NCBI GenBank assembly: GCA_031271905.1
Contig: JAISUT010000025.1
Span: 30,522 to 94,521, forward strand
Origin: Acidobacteriota bacterium
GTDB lineage: Bacteria > Acidobacteriota > UBA6911
Length of the DNA stretch: 64,000 nt
Direction: 5' to 3'
In this document: positions 1 through 9,828 of the stretch, piece by piece
Layout: each line of letters starts with the position of its first letter
Numbering within the stretch: the first letter of the stretch is position 1
Notes under the pieces: model-generated
Seen by the model: only the letters and a program-made list of their open reading frames with translations
The model's database searches: none
What the model was told of the DNA's origin: nothing
Program-made: the position numbers and the translations under genes

Positions 1-341
1 AGACGGTGGCGATCGCGGGCTTGATCCGCGACCAGAACAAGTGGGGGCGCGGGGGGGTGCCGATCCTCTCGGACATCCCGGTGGTGGGCGGCCTGTTCGG
101 CGCCACGACCCGCAACAAGACGCGCACCGAACTGATCATCCTGATCACGCCGCACGTCATCCGCACGCCGGACAAGTTCCAGGAGACGACGCAGGAGTTG
201 AAGGACTCCCTGCGTAACGTGCGCAAGATGGCGGACGATGTGGAGGATGAGCGCATCGAGGACATGGAGGACGCCCGCAAGGATCGCGAGAAGAAGGAGC
301 TCTCGAACATCAAGAAGGTCAAGCCTCCGCAGCAAAAGTAG
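1..341 (+). CDS. Type II secretion secretin (GspD family), C-terminal part; gene starts before the window
   Basis: AIAGLI...GVPILSDIPVVGGLFG...TELIILITPHVI is the secretin C-terminal signature. Confidence 0.85.
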   Translation, partial: TVAIAGLIRDQNKWGRGGVPILSDIPVVGGLFGATTRNKTRTELIILITPHVIRTPDKFQETTQELKDSLRNVRKMADDVEDERIEDMEDARKDREKKELSNIKKVKPPQQK

Positions 342-429
342 CGGGCGTCGACGCCGGCGGCGCGCAGCCGCCGTCTGGGTCCGCCACAAACGGCTTGGAC
401 GGCGCTCGTGCCGCGACTGCCGTGATTCC

Positions 430-465
430 ACCGCCATGCCGCGAACGGCATGGCGGTTTGCGTTT
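430..465 (+). terminator. Probable intrinsic terminator between convergent genes
   Basis: ACCGCCATGCCG-cgaa-CGGCATGGCGGT 12-bp stem followed by TTGCGTTT. Confidence 0.55.
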
Positions 466-528
466 GCGCAGCGCGTCCGGCGCCCCAGCCCCACGCCCCA
501 GCCCTCGCGCCCGGGTTCGGACCGCGCC

Positions 529-2196
529 TTACCCCCCGGCGTCCCCCTCTTGGAAAAACCGCACGGATTCCGGCTCTGCGTCCCCGCCGCTCCCGCCGCC
601 GCGAAGATGGGCGCCTTGGTTGAGGAAATGCCCGGGGGTGTGGAACGCCCCGCGCACCCGCCGCCGGTCTTGCGGCGACAGCCGCTTGCCCCCGCGACAT
701 ACGAGCCGCCAGCAGGTGTGCGGCGTCGCCTCCATGAGGAACGCCGCCCAGTCCCCGAAGCGGGGGGATTCGGCGACCTCCGCGTCCAGCAGCACCGTGA
801 CGGAGTTGGCGAGCCGCGTCGCGTCCACTTGCCGACTGGGTGCCGTCGCCAGATCCACCCGCCGCAGATCCAGTTCCGACACCAGCGGCGCGGGCACCTC
901 CGGCGCCTTGGGGGAGACGGGCGGGAAGTAGTCTATCCCCTGCCTCCGCTCCAGTATCTCGATGGCGGCGCAGAAGTCCTCCGGCGCCATCTTTGAAGTG
1001 GAGCGCACCCAGTAGGGCGGGCGCGCCATGGCGACCATGCCCCAACGTCCCGCGTCCACGCCACGGCGCAACGCCGTCCCGGGCAGGGCGGCGAGGACGT
1101 AGCACTCCGCCGTCGCCAGCAACTGGACGTCCTCCAGGAAATCGAGCGTGGAGAGGAATTCCCCCAGGCCGTCCTCCGGCAGCCCGATGATGACCCCTGT
1201 GCGGATTTCGACGCCGCGTTCCTGCAACAGGCGCGCGCCGCGCGCGAAAGCCCCCAAGTCCGCGGGACGCCCCACGGCGGCGAGTGCCCTCGGGTTGCTC
1301 GATTGCAGACCCGCCTCCACCGAGCGGACGCCCGCCGCCGCCATGGCGTCGGCGACTTCCGCGTCGATCGACTCCAGGCGCACTTCCGCATGTATCGGGA
1401 TCGCGGCGGGGTTGTGGCGCGCCACCAGGCGCAGGTGGTCGGTGAGCCCGGCGCGGCCGTTGAGCGTCGGATCCATGAAATAGACTTCGGACGCGCCGCG
1501 TTGGACGGCGAGCCGGAAGACGCCGGAGACGCGCTCGGGGGGGAACAGGCGCTCTCTGCGGCTGTTCTTCCCGTAGTAGCAATAGGCGCACCGGCTGGCG
1601 CAGCCGCGCATCTGCTCGAAGTGGACGATGTCGCCGGAACGCACCGGCACGATCCCTTCGAGGTAGGGGTTGGGGACGCTCCCCAGGTCTGCGACCTCCC
1701 GCGCCGTGTGAACCACGGGACGCGCATCCGGCGACCTGCCATCCCCCCGGACGGGGGCGCGGTCGAGGAAGCCGGCGAAGAACTCCTCGCCTTCGCCGAC
1801 GCAGAGGATGTCGATGCCGGGGAAATCCGCAGGGATGCGTCCGGCACAGGCTTCCGGCGTGACTTCCGGGCCGCCGGCGACCGTGAGGAGCGTCGGTCGG
1901 CGCCTTTTGGCGGCGCGGGCGAGGAACAGGCTGCGGTCGCGGTTCCAAAGGTAGAGCGTGAAAAAGACCGCGTCGAACCCCCCGCGCCCGTCGCCGCCGT
2001 GGAGCATCCAGTCGAGGATGGCGGCGTCGCCACCGTAGTCGGCGAGGTGATCCGGAAGTATCTCCGCCTCCCAGTCCGCGCCGAGGCGGTGCCGGCGCGC
2101 GAAGGCGACCATGTATCCGGCGGCCAGCGGACGGTTGGCTTTGGCGTAATGGGCCCCGTGGTCTGGGACTGGCAGTTGGATGAATCCCACGCGCAT
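529..2196 (-). CDS. B12-binding-domain radical SAM protein
   Basis: N-terminal B12-binding-like region (LYLWN...VAGGPEV...VGEGE) and CxxxCxxC motif RGCASRCAYC; start placed at MRVGFIQL because the longer ORF overlaps recR. Confidence 0.85.
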   Translation of the reverse strand: MRVGFIQLPVPDHGAHYAKANRPLAAGYMVAFARRHRLGADWEAEILPDHLADYGGDAAILDWMLHGGDGRGGFDAVFFTLYLWNRDRSLFLARAAKRRRPTLLTVAGGPEVTPEACAGRIPADFPGIDILCVGEGEEFFAGFLDRAPVRGDGRSPDARPVVHTAREVADLGSVPNPYLEGIVPVRSGDIVHFEQMRGCASRCAYCYYGKNSRRERLFPPERVSGVFRLAVQRGASEVYFMDPTLNGRAGLTDHLRLVARHNPAAIPIHAEVRLESIDAEVADAMAAAGVRSVEAGLQSSNPRALAAVGRPADLGAFARGARLLQERGVEIRTGVIIGLPEDGLGEFLSTLDFLEDVQLLATAECYVLAALPGTALRRGVDAGRWGMVAMARPPYWVRSTSKMAPEDFCAAIEILERRQGIDYFPPVSPKAPEVPAPLVSELDLRRVDLATAPSRQVDATRLANSVTVLLDAEVAESPRFGDWAAFLMEATPHTCWRLVCRGGKRLSPQDRRRVRGAFHTPGHFLNQGAHLRGGGSGGDAEPESVRFFQEGDAGG

Positions 2197-2318
2197 GGTG
2201 TGTCGGGCTCCGCACCGCATCCTGCGAGACGGCGGTGCGTGATGCAAGGCATTGTGCCGGGTGGGCGCCGCGTTGACGCTTGTCGCTGCGGGACGAGCCG
2301 GCGGCACGCCCCACCCCG

Positions 2319-2918
2319 TTACATTTCGTGGCGGTGCTCCAACGCCTTGGACATCGTCATCTCGTCGGCGTACTCCAAGTCGCTCCCGACCGGGACTCCC
2401 AGCGCGATGCGACTCACCCGCACCCCGATCGGTTTCAGCAGCTTCGCGAGGTAGATCGCCGTCGCCTCCCCCTCCACGTTGGGGTTCGTGGCGAGGATGA
2501 TCTCCTTCGCCACCCCCTCGCGCAACCTTTCCAGCAGATTCCCTATCATGAGGTCGGCGGGGCCGACGCCGTTGATGGGCGAGAGCGCGCCGTGCAGGAC
2601 GTGATATTGCCCATGGTATTCGCGCGTCTTCTCCACCGCCAGGATGTCCCGGGGCTCCTCGACCACGCAGATGACCTCCGGGGAGCGCGTCGGGCTGGAG
2701 CAGTAGCGGCAAGGATCGGAGTCGGAGAAGTTGTTGCAACGGGAGCAGGTGCGGATCTTATCCTTCACGTCGGCGATGGCGCGCCGCAACCGCTCGGCGT
2801 CCTCCCGGCTGCGGCGCAGGACGATGTATGCCATCCGTTGCGCACCCTTCGCCCCGATGCCAGGGAAGCGCCTGAACTCGTCGATGAGCCTTTCGATCGG
2901 TTCCGCGTAGTCGCCCAT
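2319..2918 (-). CDS. recR: Recombination mediator RecR
   Basis: PGIGxKxAQR HhH motif, C4 zinc finger, [20 protein letters not shown]. Confidence 0.97.
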   Translation of the reverse strand: MGDYAEPIERLIDEFRRFPGIGAKGAQRMAYIVLRRSREDAERLRRAIADVKDKIRTCSRCNNFSDSDPCRYCSSPTRSPEVICVVEEPRDILAVEKTREYHGQYHVLHGALSPINGVGPADLMIGNLLERLREGVAKEIILATNPNVEGEATAIYLAKLLKPIGVRVSRIALGVPVGSDLEYADEMTMSKALEHRHEM

Positions 2919-4612
2919 CAGTCGATCTTCTCGGCGCTGCGCTCGCCGGGGAAGTTGTCAAAGAAGGAGCGCATCACCGGGTGCTGCTGCGCCTTTTCCA
3001 TCAGCGCGTCCTTCTCCGAATCCGGCGAGGAACCCGATGGACTTGGCGAACTCGGGGCGGGTTGCGGCTTCGGAGCCTTTGCCGGCGCGGGCGTGGGTGC
3101 CGACGCGCCGGGAAGCTCCCCCGCCATGACGGCGGAGACCTGCCTGCCGAAGACACCGGAGGCGATGGTGGAGAGCTCCCCCAAATTCCGGCGGAGGCTG
3201 TTCTTGGTGAAATCGTTGGCATCGCCCGGATCGAGTACGAGCCGATCCCCCTCCAGGCGAGCCCCGGCCAACGACTGCAACAAGGAGCGCAAGGACTCCT
3301 GTTGCACCGCCATCGCGACTTGAACGAGCAATTCGTCCGCACCTGCCGGCGCGTCCGCAGGCGAATCTTTTTGCGGCGCGCCGGCGGACGGCGTCCTTTG
3401 CTGCGCGGGAGGCGTCTGCGGCCGCGCCGGCCGCGCCGTCGGGCGTGTCGCGCCTTCGGGGGCGCTCTCCGCCCCCCCCGCCCGTCCGGCGAACTCCGCG
3501 ATCAAATCTTCTATCGGGCGCAGGCGGGCGACGTGCGACAGTTCGATCAGCCCCATTTCGAGCTGGAAACGCACCTGCGCCGCGTATTTCATCGCCGCCT
3601 CGATCTTCTGGAACGTGTCGAACAGGCGTATCAAGTCCTCGCGGGAGAAGAGATCCGCCTGCGTGCGCAACTCCGGCAGCAGGCTTTCCGGCACGCCGAG
3701 CATCGCCGTGTCCGTCACCCCCGCCTTGAGCACCATCAAGTTGCGGAACTGCCCCGAGAGCCGTCGGCAGAAGTTGTTGAGGTCTTGCCCCGACTCCACC
3801 AGATCCGCGACCACCTGCAACAATGTCGCCGTGTCGCCGCCGGCGATGGCGTGCACGGTGCGCCCCAAGACCTTCGTCTCGACCAGCCCCAGCAGGGCGG
3901 CGACATCCTCGTCGCGCACCTCGCTGCCGGAGAACGCCAGCACCTGGTCCAGCGCCGACATGGCGTCGCGCATGCTGCCGCCGCTGGCGAAGGTCACCTG
4001 TTCCAAGGCGCCGTCGCTGATCTGGACGCCCTCCGCCTGGGCGATCTCGCGCAGGCGGTCGAGGATCATCGGGTAGGGGATCAGCTTGAAGGTGTACTTC
4101 TGGCAACGCGACAAGATCGTCGCCGGGACTTTGTGGTACTCCGTGGTCGCCAAGATGAAGACGACGTTTGGCGGCGGTTCCTCCAACGTCTTCAGGAGCG
4201 CGTTGAACGCCTCCGTCGTGAGCATGTGGACTTCGTCGATGATGAATATCTTGTTGCGGTCGCGCGCCGGGTTGTAGCGGACTTCGTCCCTCAGCTCGCG
4301 GATGTCGTCGATGCCGCGGTTGGACGCCGCGTCGATCTCAAGGACGTCCATCGAGGTGCCGGCGGCGACCTCGACGCAGGAGGGGCACTCGTCGCACGGC
4401 TCACCCGGCTTGCCCGCGTGGCAGTTCAGAGCCTTGGCGAGGATGCGCGCCGATGTGGTCTTACCCGACCCGCGCGGGCCGGAGAAGAGGAATGCGTGCG
4501 CCAGCCGCCCTCCGGTGAGGGCGTTCAGCAGCGAGCGGGAGACGTGCTCCTGTCCCACCAGCTCATGGAAGTTGCGGGGGCGCCATTTGCGTGCGAGAAC
4601 TTGATATTGCAT
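2918..4612 (-). CDS. dnaX: DNA polymerase III subunit gamma/tau
   Basis: [36 protein letters not shown] motifs; stop overlaps the recR start (TGATG). Confidence 0.96.
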   Translation of the reverse strand: MQYQVLARKWRPRNFHELVGQEHVSRSLLNALTGGRLAHAFLFSGPRGSGKTTSARILAKALNCHAGKPGEPCDECPSCVEVAAGTSMDVLEIDAASNRGIDDIRELRDEVRYNPARDRNKIFIIDEVHMLTTEAFNALLKTLEEPPPNVVFILATTEYHKVPATILSRCQKYTFKLIPYPMILDRLREIAQAEGVQISDGALEQVTFASGGSMRDAMSALDQVLAFSGSEVRDEDVAALLGLVETKVLGRTVHAIAGGDTATLLQVVADLVESGQDLNNFCRRLSGQFRNLMVLKAGVTDTAMLGVPESLLPELRTQADLFSREDLIRLFDTFQKIEAAMKYAAQVRFQLEMGLIELSHVARLRPIEDLIAEFAGRAGGAESAPEGATRPTARPARPQTPPAQQRTPSAGAPQKDSPADAPAGADELLVQVAMAVQQESLRSLLQSLAGARLEGDRLVLDPGDANDFTKNSLRRNLGELSTIASGVFGRQVSAVMAGELPGASAPTPAPAKAPKPQPAPSSPSPSGSSPDSEKDALMEKAQQHPVMRSFFDNFPGERSAEKID

Positions 4613-4635
4613 AGCCGTTGTTGCACAGGGAAAAA

Positions 4636-4786
4636 GGGTCGAGCCCCGGGAGACCTGTTGCACATGTAAGGAACCTCTTAATGCTGCTTCCTTCCGGACC
4701 TGACATGGTTCGAGGGTTACATTGCACAGGGCCCGAGGCCCGTCAATCGACCAGCGCCTTCCAGCATGGCACCGGTCGTCAGTTGA
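4636..4786 (-). ncRNA. ffs: Signal recognition particle RNA
   Basis: Minus strand has ATGTCAGGTCCGGAAGGAAGCAGCAT (SRP helix 8) inside a long pairing helix; usual position upstream of dnaX; ends approximate. Confidence 0.92.
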
Positions 4787-4792
4787 AGGGAC

Positions 4793-4821
4793 ATCTTAAG
4801 GCATCCGCCGGTTGGAAACAA
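4793..4821 (-). promoter_or_regulatory. Sigma70-like promoter for ffs-dnaX
   Basis: TTGTTT-17 nt-TAAGAT on the minus strand. Confidence 0.55.
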
Positions 4822-4925
4822 GCGGTTTCACGCACTTCGGGCACTTCGGGCGTATCTCACGGTATCTGAATAAATTGCTCAAACAACCGGCGTTTTTGCG
4901 GGTATAATGCCACCCGCGAAATGAG

Positions 4926-6911
4926 TTGAAGGTGGGGACGGAGTTGGCTCGAAAACTGCTCATGGGGAACGAGGCTATCGCCGAAGGGGCGATTCGCGCG
5001 GGTGTCGCGGTGGCGACCGGCTATCCGGGCACCCCCTCGTCGGAAATCCTGGAGGCCATCGCCCGCCGCCGCCCCGACGGGGTCTACGCCGAGTGGTCGG
5101 CGAACGAGAAGGCGGCGCTGGAGGTGGCGGCCGGAGCGGCCATCGCCGGGGCGCGGGCGCTGGTCACGATGAAGCAGGTCGGCCTGAACGTCGCCTCCGA
5201 CCCGCTCATGAGCCTGAACTACGTCGGCGTCAAGGGCGGGATGGTGGTCGTGGTCGCGGACGATCCCGGCCCGATCTCCTCGCAGACCGAGCAGGACACG
5301 CGCCGCTTCGGGCAGTTCGCCAAGTTCGCCGTCTTCGACCCCTCGACGCCCGAGGAAGCCTACGCGATGGTCGCCGACGCCTTCGACCTCTCTGAGGAAA
5401 TCGGCCGCCCCGTCCTTTTCCGTCCCACCACGCGCGTCTGCCACAGCTACGCCTCGGTGGAGCTGCTGCCCGACCTGCCGCGCCGCGCGCCGGAAGGTTT
5501 TATTAAAGACGACGGTCGCTGGGTCATCTTCCCCCGCCTCGCCTACCGCAACAAAATCGAAATCGAAAAGACGTTGCGCCGCCTAGGGCGCGAGCTCGTC
5601 TGCCATAGCGGGGTCTCCCATTTCGATGCCGCCCCGCGCACGGACGCGGACGGGGGCTCGCGCGACGGCGACGATGCTCCCGCCGTCAAAGGCATCGCGG
5701 CGGGGGGCGTCAGTTGGTGCTATGTGCGGGAGGCGCTGGCCGTCGTCAGGGAGCGCCTTGGGGCGCGCCGGGCGCGCGGGGAAGGGGAAGGCGGCGGCGT
5801 CCCCCCCGTCCGTCTGCTCAAGGTCGGCACGGTTCCTTTTGCGGAACGGCTCGGCGTCGAGTTCTTGGACGGCTTGGACGAAGCGCTCGTCGTCGAAGAA
5901 CTCGATCCGGTGATCGAGGACTCGCTGATACGCCTCTGCGGATTGCGCGGACTGAAGGCGAAGATTCGCGGCAAGGCGACCGGCGACGGCATCCTCGCGG
6001 GGGAGAACACGGTCGAGGCGCTGGTGGACGCCATTTGCAACTTCCTGGGGGGCGGCAGCGCCGATGTGGTCGGCGCCACCGCCGACGCCGACCACTCCGG
6101 GGAAGCGGGGAAGACGGATGACGAAGCCCCCGCGCTCCCTGTCCGCCCCCCCGTCCTGTGCGCGGGCTGTCCGCACCGGGGCGCGTTCTTCGCGGTCAAG
6201 GAGGCTGCCAAAGCCGCGTCGGGGAAGAAAGCGGTCTTTTCCGGCGACATCGGCTGCTACACGCTCGGCAACGCCCTCCCGCTCGACATGGTGGACACCT
6301 GCCTTTGCATGGGCGCGGGGCTTACGCAGGCACAGGGGCTGGGCCGGGCGGAGCCGGACGCGACGCATTTCGCCTTCATCGGCGACTCGACCTTTTTCCA
6401 TTCCGGCGTCACGGGCCTGGTCAACGCGGTCTGGAACGGCGCGGACGTGGCGGTCGTCATCCTGGACAACGGCACGACGGCGATGACCGGCGGCCAGCCC
6501 CACCCCGGCATGGCGCGGACGCTCATGGGCGAGCCCGCGCGGCGGGTCTCGATCTATGAAGTCTGCAAAGGGGTCGGCGTCCAGGACATCCAGCGGGTGA
6601 ATGTCTTCGACCACGCGGCGGCCAAAGAAGCGGCCATGCGCGCCGCCGCCGCGCGCGGGGTGCGCGTCATCATCTACGAAGGGCCTTGCGTCAACATCGT
6701 CCCCAAAGGCGACGCGCTCGCGGTCGCTTCCGACGCCTGCCGCGCCTGCGGGCTCTGCGTCCGCAAACTCGGCTGCCCCGCCCTGTCAGAGGGCGCGGAC
6801 GGGAAGGCCGCCATCGACGGCATCCTCTGCACCGGTTGCGGGCTGTGCCGGAGCGTCTGCCCCTTCGACGCCATAGGCGCCGGGGAAGCCGTGGAAGGCG
6901 GTGCGCGATGA
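4926..6911 (+). CDS. iorA: Indolepyruvate ferredoxin oxidoreductase alpha subunit
   Basis: GNEAIA, GYPGTPSSE, NEKAALE, LCAGCPHR, GDIGCY, IGDSTFFHSG and C-terminal 4Fe-4S motifs; start codon uncertain by a few codons. Confidence 0.93.
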   Translation: MKVGTELARKLLMGNEAIAEGAIRAGVAVATGYPGTPSSEILEAIARRRPDGVYAEWSANEKAALEVAAGAAIAGARALVTMKQVGLNVASDPLMSLNYVGVKGGMVVVVADDPGPISSQTEQDTRRFGQFAKFAVFDPSTPEEAYAMVADAFDLSEEIGRPVLFRPTTRVCHSYASVELLPDLPRRAPEGFIKDDGRWVIFPRLAYRNKIEIEKTLRRLGRELVCHSGVSHFDAAPRTDADGGSRDGDDAPAVKGIAAGGVSWCYVREALAVVRERLGARRARGEGEGGGVPPVRLLKVGTVPFAERLGVEFLDGLDEALVVEELDPVIEDSLIRLCGLRGLKAKIRGKATGDGILAGENTVEALVDAICNFLGGGSADVVGATADADHSGEAGKTDDEAPALPVRPPVLCAGCPHRGAFFAVKEAAKAASGKKAVFSGDIGCYTLGNALPLDMVDTCLCMGAGLTQAQGLGRAEPDATHFAFIGDSTFFHSGVTGLVNAVWNGADVAVVILDNGTTAMTGGQPHPGMARTLMGEPARRVSIYEVCKGVGVQDIQRVNVFDHAAAKEAAMRAAAARGVRVIIYEGPCVNIVPKGDALAVASDACRACGLCVRKLGCPALSEGADGKAAIDGILCTGCGLCRSVCPFDAIGAGEAVEGGAR

Positions 6912-7483
6912 ACACGGCCAACTGCCTGATAGCGGGGGTGGGGGGGCAGGGGACGGTGTTGGCGGCGCGCATCCTGGGCGCGGCGGCGATGGCGGCCGGC
7001 CTCGACGTGCGCGGCAGCGAGACCATCGGCATGGCCCAGCGCGGCGGCAGCGTGACCAGCCATGTGCGCATGGGGCGGGACATCGCCTCCCCCCTCATCC
7101 CGCGCGGGCGCGCCGACGTCATCCTCGCCTTCGAGCCGGGCGAGGCGGCGCGGGTGCGCGACTACCTGGCGCCGGGCGGGACGTTCCTCGTCTGCGACCG
7201 CCCGCTGGCCCCGGCGGTCAAGGGCGGCTACGACGGCGCGGCGGCGGCGCGGTGGCTAAAGGCCCGGTGCGGCGCGCGCGTCGTCTCGGGCGAGGACGTG
7301 ATACGGCATTGCGGGGCGCGGAGCCTCAACATCGCGCTCATCGGCGCGGCGGCGGCGGCGGGGGCGTTCCCCTTCGGCACGGACGAGCTTCTGGCGGCGC
7401 TCGCCGAGCGGGTGAACGCGAAGTTCCTGGCGATGAACATCGCCGCGCTGAACTACGGCGCAAGCCTGTTCAGACAGTTTTGA
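6908..7483 (+). CDS. iorB: Indolepyruvate oxidoreductase beta subunit
   Basis: AGVGGQG, ETIGMAQRGGSVTSHVR; ATGA overlap with iorA. Confidence 0.92.
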   Translation: MNTANCLIAGVGGQGTVLAARILGAAAMAAGLDVRGSETIGMAQRGGSVTSHVRMGRDIASPLIPRGRADVILAFEPGEAARVRDYLAPGGTFLVCDRPLAPAVKGGYDGAAAARWLKARCGARVVSGEDVIRHCGARSLNIALIGAAAAAGAFPFGTDELLAALAERVNAKFLAMNIAALNYGASLFRQF

Positions 7484-7544
7484 CGCGGCACGGTGACGCG
7501 GCACAGTCATTAATTGCGGTTGACAATGGGGAAAGCAGGCAATC

Positions 7545-8780
7545 ATGGATATGACCAAGGAAACGCTGGCCGAAATCAGGAAAAACATCCGGCGCGCGAA
7601 AAAGAGCGAGTTCTACAAAAAACATTTCGCGGGCATCGACCCGGAGGACGTCAAGGCCGAGGCCGACTTCCTGAAGCTGCCGTTCACCGACAAGGAGGAT
7701 CTGCGCAACGCCTACCCGCTGGGCCTGTGCGCCGTGCCGGAGGAGCGCATTGTCCGCATCCACTCCTCGTCGGGGACGACGGGGACGCCGGTCATCATCC
7801 CCTACACCCGCAAGGACGTGCTGGACTGGGCGAAGATGTTCAAGCGGTGCTACGAGTTCGCCGGCGTCACGGCGAAGGACAAGATACAGATCACCCCCGG
7901 CTACGGGCTGTGGACGGCGGGCATCGGCTTCCAGCTCGGCGCGGAGCTGCTGGGCGCGATGGCGCTGCCGCTCGGCCCGGGCAACACCGACAAGCAGATC
8001 AAGATGATGATCGACATGGGGACGACGGTGCTCACCGCCACCTCGTCCTACGCGCTGCTGCTGGCGGAGGAGATCGCCAAGCGCGGCGTGAAGGACAAGA
8101 TACGGCTGAAGAAGGGGGTCATCGGCTCCGAGCGCTGGGGCAAGAAGATGCGCAAGCGCATCGCCGACGAGCTCGGCGTGGAGCTTTACGACATCTACGG
8201 GCTGACGGAGGTGTACGGGCCCGGCATCGGCATCAACTGCATGCACGACGCGGCCATGCACATGTGGACCGACTACATGTACTACGAGATCATCGACCCG
8301 GCTACGGGCGAGCCGGTCAAGGAGGGGGAGCGCGGCGAGCTGGTCATCACGACCCTGCAAAAGGAGGGGGCGCCGCTGATCCGCTACCGCACCCACGACC
8401 TGACGCGGGAAGTCCTCGGCAAATGCGCCTGCGGGCAAGACTACCCGCGCATCGCCGCCATCGACGGGCGTTCGGACGACATGGTGAAGGTCAAGGGGAC
8501 GATCATCTTCCCCAGCCGTGTGGACGAGCTGCTGTCAGGTGTGGACGGGGTGAGCAGCGAATACCAGATCATGATCGACCACGTGAACGGCAAGGACGTG
8601 GTGACGGTCTTCTTCGAGACCGCGCGCAAGTCGGACGGGGAGCGCCGCGACCTGGAAAAGACGGTGGAGCGCGAGTTCAAGGTGTCGGTCGGCATGACGC
8701 CCAAGGCCAAGGCGGTCGGCATGGGCGAGCTGCCGCGCAGCGAGAAGAAGACCCCCCGCATCTTCGACAACCGCTATTAG
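7545..8780 (+). CDS. paaK: Phenylacetate-CoA ligase family protein
   Basis: LPFTDKEDLR, RIHSSSGTTG, YGLTE, RYRTHDL, GRSDDM; typical neighbour of iorAB. Confidence 0.88.
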   Translation: MDMTKETLAEIRKNIRRAKKSEFYKKHFAGIDPEDVKAEADFLKLPFTDKEDLRNAYPLGLCAVPEERIVRIHSSSGTTGTPVIIPYTRKDVLDWAKMFKRCYEFAGVTAKDKIQITPGYGLWTAGIGFQLGAELLGAMALPLGPGNTDKQIKMMIDMGTTVLTATSSYALLLAEEIAKRGVKDKIRLKKGVIGSERWGKKMRKRIADELGVELYDIYGLTEVYGPGIGINCMHDAAMHMWTDYMYYEIIDPATGEPVKEGERGELVITTLQKEGAPLIRYRTHDLTREVLGKCACGQDYPRIAAIDGRSDDMVKVKGTIIFPSRVDELLSGVDGVSSEYQIMIDHVNGKDVVTVFFETARKSDGERRDLEKTVEREFKVSVGMTPKAKAVGMGELPRSEKKTPRIFDNRY

Positions 8781-8914
8781 CGTTAGCGCAAGCCGGGAGC
8801 GGCTCGCCGCTCCCGGCCGAGCCGCCCGGGTCAAGGACGTGACGGTCGAACCCCCGCGCCGCCGCACCGGCACCATGCGAACTGCGCGGCGCGCGGCGCG
8901 GCGGCAATGCGGCG

Positions 8915-9802
8915 TCATCTCTCATCGAGGACGGTCACCATGTGGGCGCGGTAGCGCGGGACCCCGTCGCGCTTAGTCCGTTCCGCGTCCTCCTCGACCC
9001 TGTACTTGACCCTCATGCCCGAGTCGAGGTCGGCGAAGTCCCGGTTGGTCAACGCGCCGTAGTGGAAGAAGACGTTGTTGCGTTCGACGTCGCGGATGAA
9101 GCCGAAGCCGTTCGTGTTGAGGGATAGGATGGTGGAAAAGTATTCCTGCGCCCGTATGTCGTTGACGGTGTTGTCCGTCATGAAGAGGTTGCGGATGTCT
9201 TCGCCGTTTTCCTCGTCGATGCGCTGGCTCATCACCACCGGGCAGAACACTTCGTCGAGAAGCTGCCGCGAAGTCCGCGTCTCCATCAGGTCGCCGTTCT
9301 CGTTGTGATAGGAGAAGTCCCAGCAAAGCAGCATCACCTGGGTTCCCAGCGTATGGAGTTTGCGCACGAGCGGGACGTAGTCGCCGTCGCCGGCCACCAG
9401 CACCAGGACGTCGAAGTGCTTGTAGATGGAAAGCTCATACGCCTCCAAGGCGAGCCACACGTCGATGCCCTTCTCCTGGTGGCCGATGCGAAGGGGCAGG
9501 TAATGCGTGACGATGTTTTCGCGCATGAGGATGTCCTCGAACACCCGTTCGTTTTGAACCTTCTCGCCGAGCTCCTTCGCCGAAGAGCGCCCCCGGAAAT
9601 AGTGCGAATCGATGATCTGGCATTGCCGGAAGTCCGTCTTGGTGAGATCCCCCACCTTTTTGCGGATGAAATTCTGCAACCCCGAGATGCTGATGCGCGA
9701 TTTGCGAATGTGTTCGTATTTGTAATAATTACTTACTTTGTAAAAATAGTAACCATCGTAAAATACGCCTATCCTGATGATGTCTAGAAGATTTTTCTCC
9801 AT
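8915..9802 (-). CDS. NYN (LabA/DUF88, PIN-like) domain protein with C-terminal cold-shock/OB domain
   Basis: FYDGYY, EKGIDVWLALE, LVAGDGDYVPLV; C-terminal GFGFI...VFFH (RNP1/RNP2-like). Confidence 0.85.
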   Translation of the reverse strand: MEKNLLDIIRIGVFYDGYYFYKVSNYYKYEHIRKSRISISGLQNFIRKKVGDLTKTDFRQCQIIDSHYFRGRSSAKELGEKVQNERVFEDILMRENIVTHYLPLRIGHQEKGIDVWLALEAYELSIYKHFDVLVLVAGDGDYVPLVRKLHTLGTQVMLLCWDFSYHNENGDLMETRTSRQLLDEVFCPVVMSQRIDEENGEDIRNLFMTDNTVNDIRAQEYFSTILSLNTNGFGFIRDVERNNVFFHYGALTNRDFADLDSGMRVKYRVEEDAERTKRDGVPRYRAHMVTVLDER

Positions 9803-9828
9803 GCTCGATATATGCCTCTGAAACCGGG

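Noticed and set aside
3360-3380. dnaX -1 frameshift site
   Set aside because: Only CAAAAAG is present, not the A AAA AAG slippery heptamer
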